Shown one piece after another: positions 6,703-16,209 of a stretch of DNA of 24,183 bases. This stretch comes from Patescibacteria group bacterium (GTDB taxonomy: Bacteria > Patescibacteriota > Microgenomatia > UBA1406 > GWC2-37-13): assembly GCA_943356515.1 (NCBI GenBank), contig CALRFM010000001.1:1-24183 (forward strand), given 5' to 3'. Under the pieces are notes generated by a model. It ran no database searches, was not told the DNA's origin, and was given only the letters and a program-made list of their open reading frames with translations. Within the stretch, counting starts at the first letter, position 1. The number at the start of each line of letters is the position of its first letter. The position numbers and the translations under genes are program-made.

Positions 6703-8282
6703 ACACTATCAAAATAGCGATCGGCTACCCACCAATTGCATCGAGCAAAGGTGTACCACTTCTATCGCAAAATAGACAATTTCAATACTTCAACGCTCCA
6801 ACCTATATTTACCCGATGGTCCCAGCATATGCTGCGTCGTTACTCAAAAAAAATGGTTATGAAACCTATTGGATGGATGGCATAGCAGAAAAGCAATCAT
6901 TTGATCAATGGATGTGCAAGCTAAAAAAGATAGATCCGCACTACATAATGATTGAAACCAAATCTCCGATTATCAAACTTCATTGGAAGATTATTAATAA
7001 GATAAAAAAGATACTGCCCGAGTTACAAATAATATTAGTAGGCGATCATGTGAGTTACAAACCATATGAATCATTTGAGAATAGTAATGTTGATTTTGTG
7101 ATCACTGGGGGTGACTATGATTTTGTGGTAGTAAATTTACTAAACCATTTACACAAAAAGGGTAAACTCGAAGGAGGAGTATATTATAAAAAAAATAAGA
7201 AGGTGATTTGTTCTGGCCCCATATCACTCAAGCATGATCTAAACACACTTCCATTTGTAGATCGTGATTTAACCAAGTGGAAATTGTACGCATATGCAAA
7301 TGGGAATTATAAATATACCCCTGGCACATATATGTATAGCGGCCGTGACTGTTGGTGGAACAAATGCACATTTTGTGTATGGGACCACACGATAAATCCG
7401 ATTGGATCTTACCGTAGTTTTACCCCAAAACGATTATTTGAAGAAGTAAAACATGTTGTCGATCTGTATGGCGTTAAAGAGATATTTGATGACGCAGGCA
7501 CCATGTTTGTCGGAAACAAGTTAAAGCAATTTTGCAAACTGTTGATTGAAAGTGGATACAACAAAAAAGTACGGTATGGGTGCAATATGCGTTTTAATGC
7601 AATACCAAATCAGGAGTTATATGACCTTATGGGGAACGCAGGATTCCGATTTATTTTATATGGTATGGAATCAGGCAATCAAAAAACATTAGATAAATTA
7701 GAAAAAGGAACCAAGGAAAACGATGCAATTACTGGCCCGACTATGGCACGAAAAGCAGGACTTGACCCTCATATTACTATCATGCTTGGCTACCCATGGG
7801 AAAGCTATGAAGATGCTAAACGGACTATAGATACGGCAAAATATGCACTCAAAAAAGGAATTTATGAAACCATTCAAACAACCATTGTTATTCCGTATCC
7901 GGGAACACCTCTTTATAAAGAGTGCAAAGAAAAAGATTGGCTTATAACCGATGACTATAGTCGGTTCGACATGCGCGAGCCGGTTATGAAGATTCCATTT
8001 TCTAAGAAAAAATTATTAGAACTTGAACAAGATTTATACGCTGCATTTATGACTCCCCAATACATTGGGAGGAAAATTCTCAGAATCCGATCTCTGCATG
8101 ATGTGTATTATTTCTTTTATATGGGTTATAAGTTCTTAGGCCACATGTTAGATTTTGACCCCAATCAACAATCTAATAGTGTAATGTCTCTTGGGTTTTG
8201 GAAGCGCTCAATAACTCAGTTGGGGAAACATTTTGTATCTTCAAGTACCAAAGCTGATACGGAGAAAAAAGATATATTATAG
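6699..8282 (+). CDS. B12-binding-domain radical SAM protein (class B / HpnJ/BchE-like superfamily)
   Basis: N-terminal cobalamin-binding-like domain (YPMVPAYAASLL...IILVGDHVS...VDFVITGGDYD), SGRDCWWNKCTFC cluster motif, IFDDAGT, YGMESGNQKTL, IPYPGTPLY. The likely start is 6699 (ATGA overlap with the upstream stop); the ORF track gives 6672. Confidence 0.9.
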   Translation: MNTIKIAIGYPPIASSKGVPLLSQNRQFQYFNAPTYIYPMVPAYAASLLKKNGYETYWMDGIAEKQSFDQWMCKLKKIDPHYIMIETKSPIIKLHWKIINKIKKILPELQIILVGDHVSYKPYESFENSNVDFVITGGDYDFVVVNLLNHLHKKGKLEGGVYYKKNKKVICSGPISLKHDLNTLPFVDRDLTKWKLYAYANGNYKYTPGTYMYSGRDCWWNKCTFCVWDHTINPIGSYRSFTPKRLFEEVKHVVDLYGVKEIFDDAGTMFVGNKLKQFCKLLIESGYNKKVRYGCNMRFNAIPNQELYDLMGNAGFRFILYGMESGNQKTLDKLEKGTKENDAITGPTMARKAGLDPHITIMLGYPWESYEDAKRTIDTAKYALKKGIYETIQTTIVIPYPGTPLYKECKEKDWLITDDYSRFDMREPVMKIPFSKKKLLELEQDLYAAFMTPQYIGRKILRIRSLHDVYYFFYMGYKFLGHMLDFDPNQQSNSVMSLGFWKRSITQLGKHFVSSSTKADTEKKDIL

Positions 8283-9968
8283 TGGCAGTTCGCTCAGTGC
8301 CTGCGTGGCAATTTCATTTCCCGGATTGATTTCGAGCGCTTTCATAAATGATGCTCGAGCATTATCTGGATCTCCCAGCTGGTTATACATCAGACCCAGA
8401 TTGATGTATAACGTTGGATTCTGAGGTGATACTTCTATCGCTTGATTCATATAGTTTATTGCGGTTTCAAATTCCTGATTTTGAAAATAAATAATTGCTA
8501 TTTGCTGGAGCGACTGCCAGAGGTTGGGATTTATTTCATAGGCTTTTTGGTATAGCTGCAGCGCCGCCGATGGACTGCCCATTTGTTGGTAGGTGTTACC
8601 AAGGTTATGATAGGCATCGGCATAGTTGGGATTGAGCTCTATAGCTCTAGTAAATTCTTCAGCAGCTTTTTGCAAATCTCCCCGTCTCCCATACACATCG
8701 CCAAGATTATTATGTGTCTTGGGGTCCGATGGAGATGTTTTACCCGTTGCAATCCACAGATTATCTTCATTTTGCCAGTCGATATTGCGCGCAATTGTGC
8801 GAACCATAAATCCGAGGATGATAATGGCCAACATGATGTTGATGAATATGGTTATTTTTTTATTTTTGAGCAACTGAATACTGCAATAAGCCACCACAAC
8901 CAGCACTCCCACGGTAGAAATATAGGCGTACCGTTCTGCCACAACCCATGCAACACCAGGAGATAGAAGAGTAGGAAGTAATCCTACAAAAAAAATACTT
9001 CCCCAGAAAAAGAGTTTTCTATTTTTAATGTATAGATAAACAAGTGCTAATAGCAATAAGATAAGGACGACAACATGAATAGCTAATGCGATATATGAAA
9101 TTGAAAGTTCAGAGTGATACAGCGTAAGGTTCTGCGGCCACACAATGAGTTGAATATAGTTTGATATTGCATAAGGAATTTTGACAAATAAATTCATATT
9201 TTCGATGGATTGATATGATGTTTGTTCTAAGGCAACCTGCCGCTGCGCCAAAGCTCCAGTAAGCACGATGAAGGCATATACTCCCGATAAGAATGCGTAT
9301 GGGATAGTTCTCAACCAATTCTTTTTCAAAGATCCAAATACAAATTCATATACTAAAAAGATCGGTGCCAAAGAAGCCGCTGCAATAGATGAAGCAAGAG
9401 AAAAAAAGAAAAGCATGTATGAAAAGATAAGGGGCACAACCCTTTTTTGAGCATTGATATACCAATAGAACGATAATAAAAAGAAGAAACTATACTGTAC
9501 ATATCCACCTCCTGATATCCAGGTAACCGACTCTACAAATATCGGATGCACTGCTACCAAAAGTCCGGCCAAAAATGCAACATTTCGATTAAACTGAGAT
9601 TTGAGAATATAGTATAACGTTGATACTGCTCCAACATGAAGAAGGACGTTAATGATGCGGAATGTTATGGGAATCACCCCACCAATTTTTACCGCGATCA
9701 TAAAAAGGAGCGGCCGGACAAAATTAAATGGCTGAGAAGTGATATCTTTCAACGTACCTAAGTTTTTATTTTGAAGAATCCCGAAATCGTCTGAGAGGAA
9801 AACATTATTAAGTCCATTTGCATAGATCATAATAATAACAAGAGCTAAAATAGAAACGCTTATGATGTCAGCATATTTGAATTCTGATTTTAGTTCTGGC
9901 TCATCAGGAAGATGATTCGTTGTCGTTTTATTCCTATATTTATATTGCTTATGCTTTTTTTTCGCCAT
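8277..9968 (-). CDS. TMTC-like multi-pass GT-C membrane protein with C-terminal TPR repeats (putative protein O-glycosyltransferase)
   Basis: IYANGLNNVFLSDD (acidic DD after the first TM), RPL, INVLLH, VHPIFVESVTWISG, VAERYAY, RNIDWQNEDNLW, then four TPR units (HNNLG...AIELNP; YHNLG...YEINP; ...AIEVSP; YINLG...ALEINP). Confidence 0.85.
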   Translation of the reverse strand: MAKKKHKQYKYRNKTTTNHLPDEPELKSEFKYADIISVSILALVIIMIYANGLNNVFLSDDFGILQNKNLGTLKDITSQPFNFVRPLLFMIAVKIGGVIPITFRIINVLLHVGAVSTLYYILKSQFNRNVAFLAGLLVAVHPIFVESVTWISGGGYVQYSFFFLLSFYWYINAQKRVVPLIFSYMLFFFSLASSIAAASLAPIFLVYEFVFGSLKKNWLRTIPYAFLSGVYAFIVLTGALAQRQVALEQTSYQSIENMNLFVKIPYAISNYIQLIVWPQNLTLYHSELSISYIALAIHVVVLILLLLALVYLYIKNRKLFFWGSIFFVGLLPTLLSPGVAWVVAERYAYISTVGVLVVVAYCSIQLLKNKKITIFINIMLAIIILGFMVRTIARNIDWQNEDNLWIATGKTSPSDPKTHNNLGDVYGRRGDLQKAAEEFTRAIELNPNYADAYHNLGNTYQQMGSPSAALQLYQKAYEINPNLWQSLQQIAIIYFQNQEFETAINYMNQAIEVSPQNPTLYINLGLMYNQLGDPDNARASFMKALEINPGNEIATQALSELPL

Positions 9969-10007
9969 AGAACTAATCTATAGTACAATTATTTAATCAT
10001 TTTTACT
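9969..10007. promoter_or_regulatory. 39-bp divergent promoter region
   Basis: Minus strand: TAGATT (9980-9975), 6 nt, ATG at 9968. Plus strand: TACAAT (9984-9989) upstream of the ATG at 10008. Confidence 0.45.
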
Positions 10008-11231
10008 ATGGAATACACAATGCGTACCACCTGCAGATTATGTCGTTCTCCTCATCTTATTGAGATTATAGATCTCGGTATGCAGATGATCCAACACGCC
10101 TTTATCCATAAGGGTAAAAAGAGCCCTTCACGAAGTAAGTATCCTACCATTCTGGTCCGATGTGCCCAGGAAGATTGTGGGTTAGTGCAACTTAAGCATT
10201 CAATCAACCCAAAGATATTATATGAAGTCTATTGGTACCGATCAAATACTAATAACACGATGAAAGCTCATTTAAAGGCATTGATCAATGAGGCGCTTGA
10301 TACCTCTGTCGTGACCAACCCATCATTACTCGATATTGGATGTAACGATGGCACTATGTTAGATTTTGCTCCCCATGAATATGACAAAACGGGCATTGAC
10401 CCTTCAGACATAGCTCTTGGTGTACATGAATCCATCGAGATGATAAATGACTTTTTTCCATCAAAGAAACTCGACAAAAGAATATTTGACATCATAACGT
10501 CAATTGCCATGTTTTATGATGTGGACGACCCAGTGGGGTTTGCAAAAGAAATAAAAAAGTTGCTATCCCCTGATGGGTTGTGGATATTGGAAGTTGCTTA
10601 TTTGCCTACGACAATAAGAAATACTTCGTACGATACCATTTGCCACGAACATCTTACATACTATCATCTGGGTGCACTCGATCAGATAGCTAGACAGGCA
10701 GGACTCAAGGTAGTGAAGGCGGATTTAAATGGTATGAATGGAGGAAGTATACGATGCTATCTTACTCACCAAAATTCTACGATGTATGATGATATTCCCT
10801 CAGATATTGAAAAGATAAAAAATAAAGAAACTCAACTCATGAAACATGCAGAACAGTATTTTCAAACATTTGCTAAAAAAATTACACTCCATAAAAAAAA
10901 TCTCCTGTCGTTACTACAAAAATTAAGAAACGATGGCAAAACAATTCATATATATGGAGCATCAACCAAGGGAAATACCATACTACAGTATTGTGGAATT
11001 GATAATACCATTATAGACCTTGCAGCAGACAAAAATCCAGAGAAATGGGGTGCGCGAACTCCTCATTCAAACATACCAATAGTAAGCGAACAGACCTCAA
11101 AAGATTTGAAACCCGACTATTACTTAGTATTGCCATGGTCATTTCGAGATGAGTTTTTGAAACGTGAGAAAAAATTTCGTGATACCGGAGTTAAGATGAT
11201 TTTCCCCCTACCAGAAATACTCATAGTATAA
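10008..11231 (+). CDS. NDP-hexose C-methyltransferase family (TcaB9/NovU/TylC3-like), copy 1
   Basis: TCRLC...RCAQEDCGLVQL (Zn-binding N-terminus), LDIGCNDGT, HEHLTYY, YGASTKGNTILQYCG, KWGARTP..NIPI, PDYYLVLPWSF. The start could be 10020. Confidence 0.92.
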   Translation: MEYTMRTTCRLCRSPHLIEIIDLGMQMIQHAFIHKGKKSPSRSKYPTILVRCAQEDCGLVQLKHSINPKILYEVYWYRSNTNNTMKAHLKALINEALDTSVVTNPSLLDIGCNDGTMLDFAPHEYDKTGIDPSDIALGVHESIEMINDFFPSKKLDKRIFDIITSIAMFYDVDDPVGFAKEIKKLLSPDGLWILEVAYLPTTIRNTSYDTICHEHLTYYHLGALDQIARQAGLKVVKADLNGMNGGSIRCYLTHQNSTMYDDIPSDIEKIKNKETQLMKHAEQYFQTFAKKITLHKKNLLSLLQKLRNDGKTIHIYGASTKGNTILQYCGIDNTIIDLAADKNPEKWGARTPHSNIPIVSEQTSKDLKPDYYLVLPWSFRDEFLKREKKFRDTGVKMIFPLPEILIV

Positions 11232-11238
11232 TCTGGGT
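11227..11238 (+). promoter_or_regulatory. putative internal leaderless promoter (-10 box)
   Basis: Perfect TATAAT (11227-11232) overlaps the upstream TAA stop and lies 6 nt before the ATG at 11239. No -35 match was seen. Confidence 0.45.
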
Positions 11239-12324
11239 ATGCGCATCGTATTCATATCTTCATTGCTTCCATCCGGGCACTTCTCAGAAATACTCTGCTC
11301 ATCATTACAGGAGCATACCGATCTTGATTTCGCTATTTATTCAGATTGGCGTAAAGGTCCATGGTATATGGTTGATATATTAAAACAACTAAAGAAAGAT
11401 AAACCAGATATAGTTCACATTCAGCAGGAATTAAACATGTATGGTGGGGGAGCGACCATTCTTCTTTTTCCCATTCTCCTTTTGATCATGCAGCTCATGA
11501 ATATACGAGTTATAACCACCATTCATGCAGCAGTGTATAAAAAAGAGATTGATGAGCGATTTATTTCTCTTTTTCTTATGAAGAAACCCTGGTATATAAA
11601 ACCAATTATCCTTAAGATATTTTTCCACATATTATTCACTTTAATATCGAGAGTATCAGATAGCATTGTGTGTCATTCAAATATGATGAAAGATATTCTT
11701 ACCAAAGATTACGGCGTGCAAAAAGAAAAGATTCATATGATCCGTACTATCATTCCCAAACGCACCCTTTCAAAACAAAAGAAAGGAACATATTTTCTCT
11801 ATTTCGGATATATCGTAAGAAGAAAGGGTTTGGAAAAACTCATAGATGGATTTGCCAAGTTTCATAAAAAACATCCCGATTTTAAACTGGTACTTGCTGG
11901 TGGAACCATACATGGACAAGAAAAAGCAAAAGATGAAATAGTTTCATATGTGCATAGTAAACAATTGGATGCGCATGTTGTTTTTACTGGGTTTGTAGAT
12001 GAAGACTATATTGATGAGCTGTATAAAAAGGCTTATGCTGTGGTGATGCCGGCATACCTATCTATGGGTTCCAGTGGACCACTATACCATGCACAAAGTT
12101 ATGGTAAATGCATACTAGCCTCAGACGTCGGCCATTTCAAAGAAGACATACAACACGAGGCAAATGGACTCTTAGTAGATAATGATTCGTGGGATGCAGC
12201 ACTTACCAGAGTTGTAAAAAATACTAAATTAGTAGCATCCATCAAACAAGGAGTAAGACAAAGAGCGGAAGAAAAAAGTCCTCAGATAATTGCCAAACAA
12301 TATGAAAAACTCTATAGAGCCTAA
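11239..12324 (+). CDS. glycosyltransferase family 4 (GT-B fold)
   Basis: KPDIVHIQQE, ITTIH, LYFGYIVRRKGLEKLI, LVLAGG, VVFTGFV, YGKCILASDVG, NGLLV. Confidence 0.9.
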   Translation: MRIVFISSLLPSGHFSEILCSSLQEHTDLDFAIYSDWRKGPWYMVDILKQLKKDKPDIVHIQQELNMYGGGATILLFPILLLIMQLMNIRVITTIHAAVYKKEIDERFISLFLMKKPWYIKPIILKIFFHILFTLISRVSDSIVCHSNMMKDILTKDYGVQKEKIHMIRTIIPKRTLSKQKKGTYFLYFGYIVRRKGLEKLIDGFAKFHKKHPDFKLVLAGGTIHGQEKAKDEIVSYVHSKQLDAHVVFTGFVDEDYIDELYKKAYAVVMPAYLSMGSSGPLYHAQSYGKCILASDVGHFKEDIQHEANGLLVDNDSWDAALTRVVKNTKLVASIKQGVRQRAEEKSPQIIAKQYEKLYRA

Positions 12325-13270
12325 GGCTACTATTTGCATTCCCACCACCAGAACATCTCGTGCTATTGACGAGTGTCTTGATTCGTTAGAAGCACAAAGT
12401 GACAGATCTTTTCAAGTTATTTTGGTGACCAACATAAAAGCTCCAAAACTTATGTCACGAGTAAAAACATATTCTTTCCCCATAACAGTCATAAAACAAA
12501 AACGAGATGGTTTGGTAGGCGCCATGAATGATGGGTTCGATAAAACTACCACTGAATATTTTATTCGTATTGATGATGATGTTGTGTTAGATACGGGATG
12601 GTTCAACAATATAATAAAACCATTTGATGATCAAAAAGTGGGAGGAGTTACTGGTCCAACGCTGATAGATGATATACGGCGAGATGAACGAGATTTATTT
12701 TCTTTTCTGAAGAAAATCGAAAAAAATATCTTATTAAAAAAACTCATTATTGAATATTTGTATGAAGACAAATTGTACGAAGTTAGCACTTCTTTGCCAA
12801 GTGGAGTATTTACTCTTGGATCAAATATGAAAAATGCGATCCCTAAAAAACAGTTAATCGTCAATAATCTTGAAGCATGTAATTTTGCTATACGTTCAAA
12901 TCTTCTTAAAAAACTTGGTGGATTTGACGATATATTCACAAAGGGCCTGGGCGAGTATCACGAAGCAGATATTGCCATGAAGATACAAAAAGCTGGATAC
13001 CAAATTGTGTTTCACCCTCAAGCTATAGCACATCACCATATCAAGCGGGGAGAAAACGACACACGGCCAGATGCATATCATCGAATACAAAATTTTATTC
13101 GTTTTTACAAACGGCATTTTATAATTGATAGTTTGGATAATTTGATGCGTTTTTCTACCAATCTTCTTGTACAGAATTGTTATTATATGTACACAGGATT
13201 GAAGCGGAGAGACATATCGCAACTGGGAGCAATTCCAGGCACTATAAAAGGATTACTATCAACAAAATAA
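12302..13270 (+). CDS. glycosyltransferase family 2
   Basis: TICIPT, GLVGAMNDG, FIRIDDDV, VGGVTG, ACNFAIR, GGFDD, EADIAMK, AHHH. The start is 12302 or 12290. Confidence 0.9.
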   Translation: MKNSIEPKATICIPTTRTSRAIDECLDSLEAQSDRSFQVILVTNIKAPKLMSRVKTYSFPITVIKQKRDGLVGAMNDGFDKTTTEYFIRIDDDVVLDTGWFNNIIKPFDDQKVGGVTGPTLIDDIRRDERDLFSFLKKIEKNILLKKLIIEYLYEDKLYEVSTSLPSGVFTLGSNMKNAIPKKQLIVNNLEACNFAIRSNLLKKLGGFDDIFTKGLGEYHEADIAMKIQKAGYQIVFHPQAIAHHHIKRGENDTRPDAYHRIQNFIRFYKRHFIIDSLDNLMRFSTNLLVQNCYYMYTGLKRRDISQLGAIPGTIKGLLSTK

Positions 13271-13271
13271 T

Positions 13272-14207
13272 ATGAACTCCATGGTTACCGGAGGTTTCGG
13301 ATTTATTGGTTCAGCTATAGCGTCAAAACTAACAGGAAATGTAACGATTGTTTCACGATCTAAAAAACATTCTCATCGGATTACATCGTCTCGTTTTAAG
13401 ATACTACATAAACGAGTAAGTAAATTAACTAAAAAAGACCTGGATCATATTGACGTTATTTATCACTGCGCAAGCACAGTGGATAATTTTACTATCTTGG
13501 AAACACCTTATAAAGATGTTGATGTAAATATAAAAGAAACAATACATTTATTGGAACTTTGTAAAAAGTTAATAAAAAAACCCAAAATAGTATATCTCTC
13601 TACTTTTTTTGTCTATGGAAATCAGTACCGTGTAGATAAAAAACCACTCAGTGAAGAAAGTAAAACGAGTCCACTCTCATTGTATTCTGCAACAAAGCTT
13701 TGTACGGAATCGATAATAACTCTCTATTCCAGACTCTATAACATACCTTATACTATTTGTCGGCTGACAAATATTTATGGCCCAAATGATCTTGCCACAG
13801 ACAAAAAAGGGGTGATAAATTATTTTGTCCAAAGGGCTTTGGATGGAAAATCATTAGATATCTATGATGGTGGTAACTTCATGAGAGATTATTTGTATAT
13901 AGACGATGCGGTTCGTGCCATTTTATTAACATCAAAACAAAAAGGGAATGAGACATACCTCATTGGTTCTGGAGTATCGATATTATTTGCAGATTTAATA
14001 TCACTTATTCACAAAGAGACAAAAAATAGCTCTGAGATTGTATCAGTTCCGACACCTTCTTTTCACCATGTTGTTGGTATCACAGACTTTAAAGCAGATA
14101 TTGGCAAGTTGACAGCATTGGGCTGGAAACCAAAAATAAATCATACCGAGGGAATTAAAGCGATTGTAACTCATATATGGCACGCAAAAAACTACTCATT
14201 TCAATAA
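13272..14207 (+). CDS. NAD-dependent epimerase/dehydratase/reductase (extended SDR)
   Basis: VTGGFGFIG, IYHCAS, STFFVYG, YSATK (YxxxK), RLTNIYGP, RDYLYIDD, LGWKP. Confidence 0.93.
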   Translation: MNSMVTGGFGFIGSAIASKLTGNVTIVSRSKKHSHRITSSRFKILHKRVSKLTKKDLDHIDVIYHCASTVDNFTILETPYKDVDVNIKETIHLLELCKKLIKKPKIVYLSTFFVYGNQYRVDKKPLSEESKTSPLSLYSATKLCTESIITLYSRLYNIPYTICRLTNIYGPNDLATDKKGVINYFVQRALDGKSLDIYDGGNFMRDYLYIDDAVRAILLTSKQKGNETYLIGSGVSILFADLISLIHKETKNSSEIVSVPTPSFHHVVGITDFKADIGKLTALGWKPKINHTEGIKAIVTHIWHAKNYSFQ

Positions 14208-15217
14208 TCATTGCAAATTATAATGGCAGTTATTTTTTGAAAGATTGTATTGATTCAATACTGAAAGAGAAATCACCTTCGTATGAAATTATTGTTGTTG
14301 ACGATTGCTCAATAGATAACAGTATTTCGATATTAAAGAGGTATGAAAAAAATAACCAGTTGAGATTGATTGCATTAAAAATAAATAAAGGAGCTGCACA
14401 TGCCAGGAATGTTGGTGCCAAAAAAAGTAACGGAGACATATTATTTTACTTAGATTATGATACGATTCTTACCCCAGGGTGGGGGAGTGCACTACGAATA
14501 TTTTTTTCAACATATCCTAAAGCTGGCATGGCTCAGGCAAAAATACTTCGCAAAGGAACGCACCAATTCGACTATGCCGGAGATTATATAAGTTCATTTG
14601 GATTCCTGGTAGAACGAGCACAAGCGGCGTTAGATACCGGACAATTTGATACGATTGATCGTGTCTTTTCGGTACGTGGAGCCGCGATGATTATAAGAAA
14701 AAGGGTGTTCGATGTAGTTGGCGGTTTTGATGAGAGTTATGGATATTATTGGGAAGAGCCAGATATAGCTTGGCGCATGTGGTTATGTGGATATGAAGTT
14801 TATTTTTTACCAACAGTGACGGTTTATCATGCATTTGGAACCGATGAGAAACAAGTAGAATATTACATAAATAATGACATTATTTTTAAAGGAAGCAGAA
14901 ATGCAATAACTACCATGATAAAGAATTATGAGTCAAAAAATCTTTTTCTTCGACTTCCGATTCATATATTATTTTGGATGACGCTATCTATTCCTATTTT
15001 CATTAAAGGAGAATTCTCTAAATCATATGCCATCTTGAGAGGGATTGGGTGGAATATATCTCATCTTTATTTGATACTAGCAAAACGATCAAAGATCCAA
15101 GCATCAAGAGTCCGTTCTGATGCAGATGTATTTGAACTGGTAGGTTCCTCTCAATCTGCCAAATACTATCTATCAAAAGCAATATCATTTGTCATCGGCA
15201 AACCCTACAACATATGA
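14177..15217 (+). CDS. glycosyltransferase family 2
   Basis: ISIIIANYN, EIIVVDDCSID, ARNVGA, FYLDYD, GGFDESY...EEPDIAWR. Confidence 0.92.
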   Translation: MARKKLLISIIIANYNGSYFLKDCIDSILKEKSPSYEIIVVDDCSIDNSISILKRYEKNNQLRLIALKINKGAAHARNVGAKKSNGDILFYLDYDTILTPGWGSALRIFFSTYPKAGMAQAKILRKGTHQFDYAGDYISSFGFLVERAQAALDTGQFDTIDRVFSVRGAAMIIRKRVFDVVGGFDESYGYYWEEPDIAWRMWLCGYEVYFLPTVTVYHAFGTDEKQVEYYINNDIIFKGSRNAITTMIKNYESKNLFLRLPIHILFWMTLSIPIFIKGEFSKSYAILRGIGWNISHLYLILAKRSKIQASRVRSDADVFELVGSSQSAKYYLSKAISFVIGKPYNI

Positions 15218-16209
15218 ATATATCTATCATCATTGCAGCATATAATTCTGAACAGTATATTAAGCGTTGTGTAGAATCTATTTTCAAATCAGATTATAAA
15301 AACTTTGAAGTAATAATAATAAATAATGGATCTCACGATAAAACAGTATCGATACTAAAAAAACTTCAAAAAACTCATCCGATTCATTTGATACAAAATG
15401 ATGTAAATGCCGGTGCATCTGTAGCAAGAAATAGGGGTGCAAAAAAAGCAACAGGAAAACTTCTCTTTTTTCTTGATCACGACACTACTATTGCTCCAAA
15501 TTGTTTAAACGAGATACATACCTTTTTTTCAAAAAAAAGTGCTGGAGCTGCTCAGTGTAAGCTTCTTACCCCAACTGGTGAAATAGATAGTTTGGGGCAT
15601 TTCATATCATATGGAGGATTTCCGTATGAAATTACAGATGAAAAAGAGAATAGTCATAATAAACCCTTCAAAGTGCTCGGAGCCAAAACAGCTGGGCTCG
15701 TGATTCGTAAATCTGTCTTTAAAAAAGTTGACGGCTTTGATGAAGATTACATTATATCTGCAGAAGATACCGATATTTCTTGGCGAATCTGGCTTGCAAA
15801 ATCTAGCTTATATTCTTTGCCAACTGCAATTGTTGTTCATTATGCAAGCAATCAAAAAAAACAAACCTCTGCATATCGCACGCGAATATTATATGAAGGA
15901 TCTAAGAATTTAATAAACATTATTTTGAAAAACGCGGATATATATCGGCTATCATTATTACTTCCTTTGAATATTGTTGCTTGGATTGGGTTAAGTATCA
16001 AATATGTGTTTATGGCAGATTTTCAATCTGCTCAGGCAATTTATACGGGGATTTGGTGGAACATAACTCATTTGTATAAAACATGGGATAAACGTATAAC
16101 AAACTATTTAGATGGAACTATAGTGGTGTTAGATAAAAATATTCTTTTTGGCAATATATCATTTATTGATTTGATCAAAAAAGGATGGAGGTGGGCACTA
16201 CATGCCTAA
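15214..16209 (+). CDS. glycosyltransferase family 2, paralog of the preceding gene
   Basis: ISIIIAAYN, NNGSHD, ARNRGA, FFLDHD, GFDEDY...EDTDISWR. ATGA overlap with the upstream stop. Confidence 0.92.
   Translation: MNISIIIAAYNSEQYIKRCVESIFKSDYKNFEVIIINNGSHDKTVSILKKLQKTHPIHLIQNDVNAGASVARNRGAKKATGKLLFFLDHDTTIAPNCLNEIHTFFSKKSAGAAQCKLLTPTGEIDSLGHFISYGGFPYEITDEKENSHNKPFKVLGAKTAGLVIRKSVFKKVDGFDEDYIISAEDTDISWRIWLAKSSLYSLPTAIVVHYASNQKKQTSAYRTRILYEGSKNLINIILKNADIYRLSLLLPLNIVAWIGLSIKYVFMADFQSAQAIYTGIWWNITHLYKTWDKRITNYLDGTIVVLDKNILFGNISFIDLIKKGWRWALHA

Noticed and set aside
12040-12125. GT4 lacks the classical E-x7-E motif (MGSSGPLYHAQSYGK)
   Set aside because: An SG.L..A...GK variant is, as far as I recall, a common GT4 subtype, so this is not evidence of inactivity or novelty.
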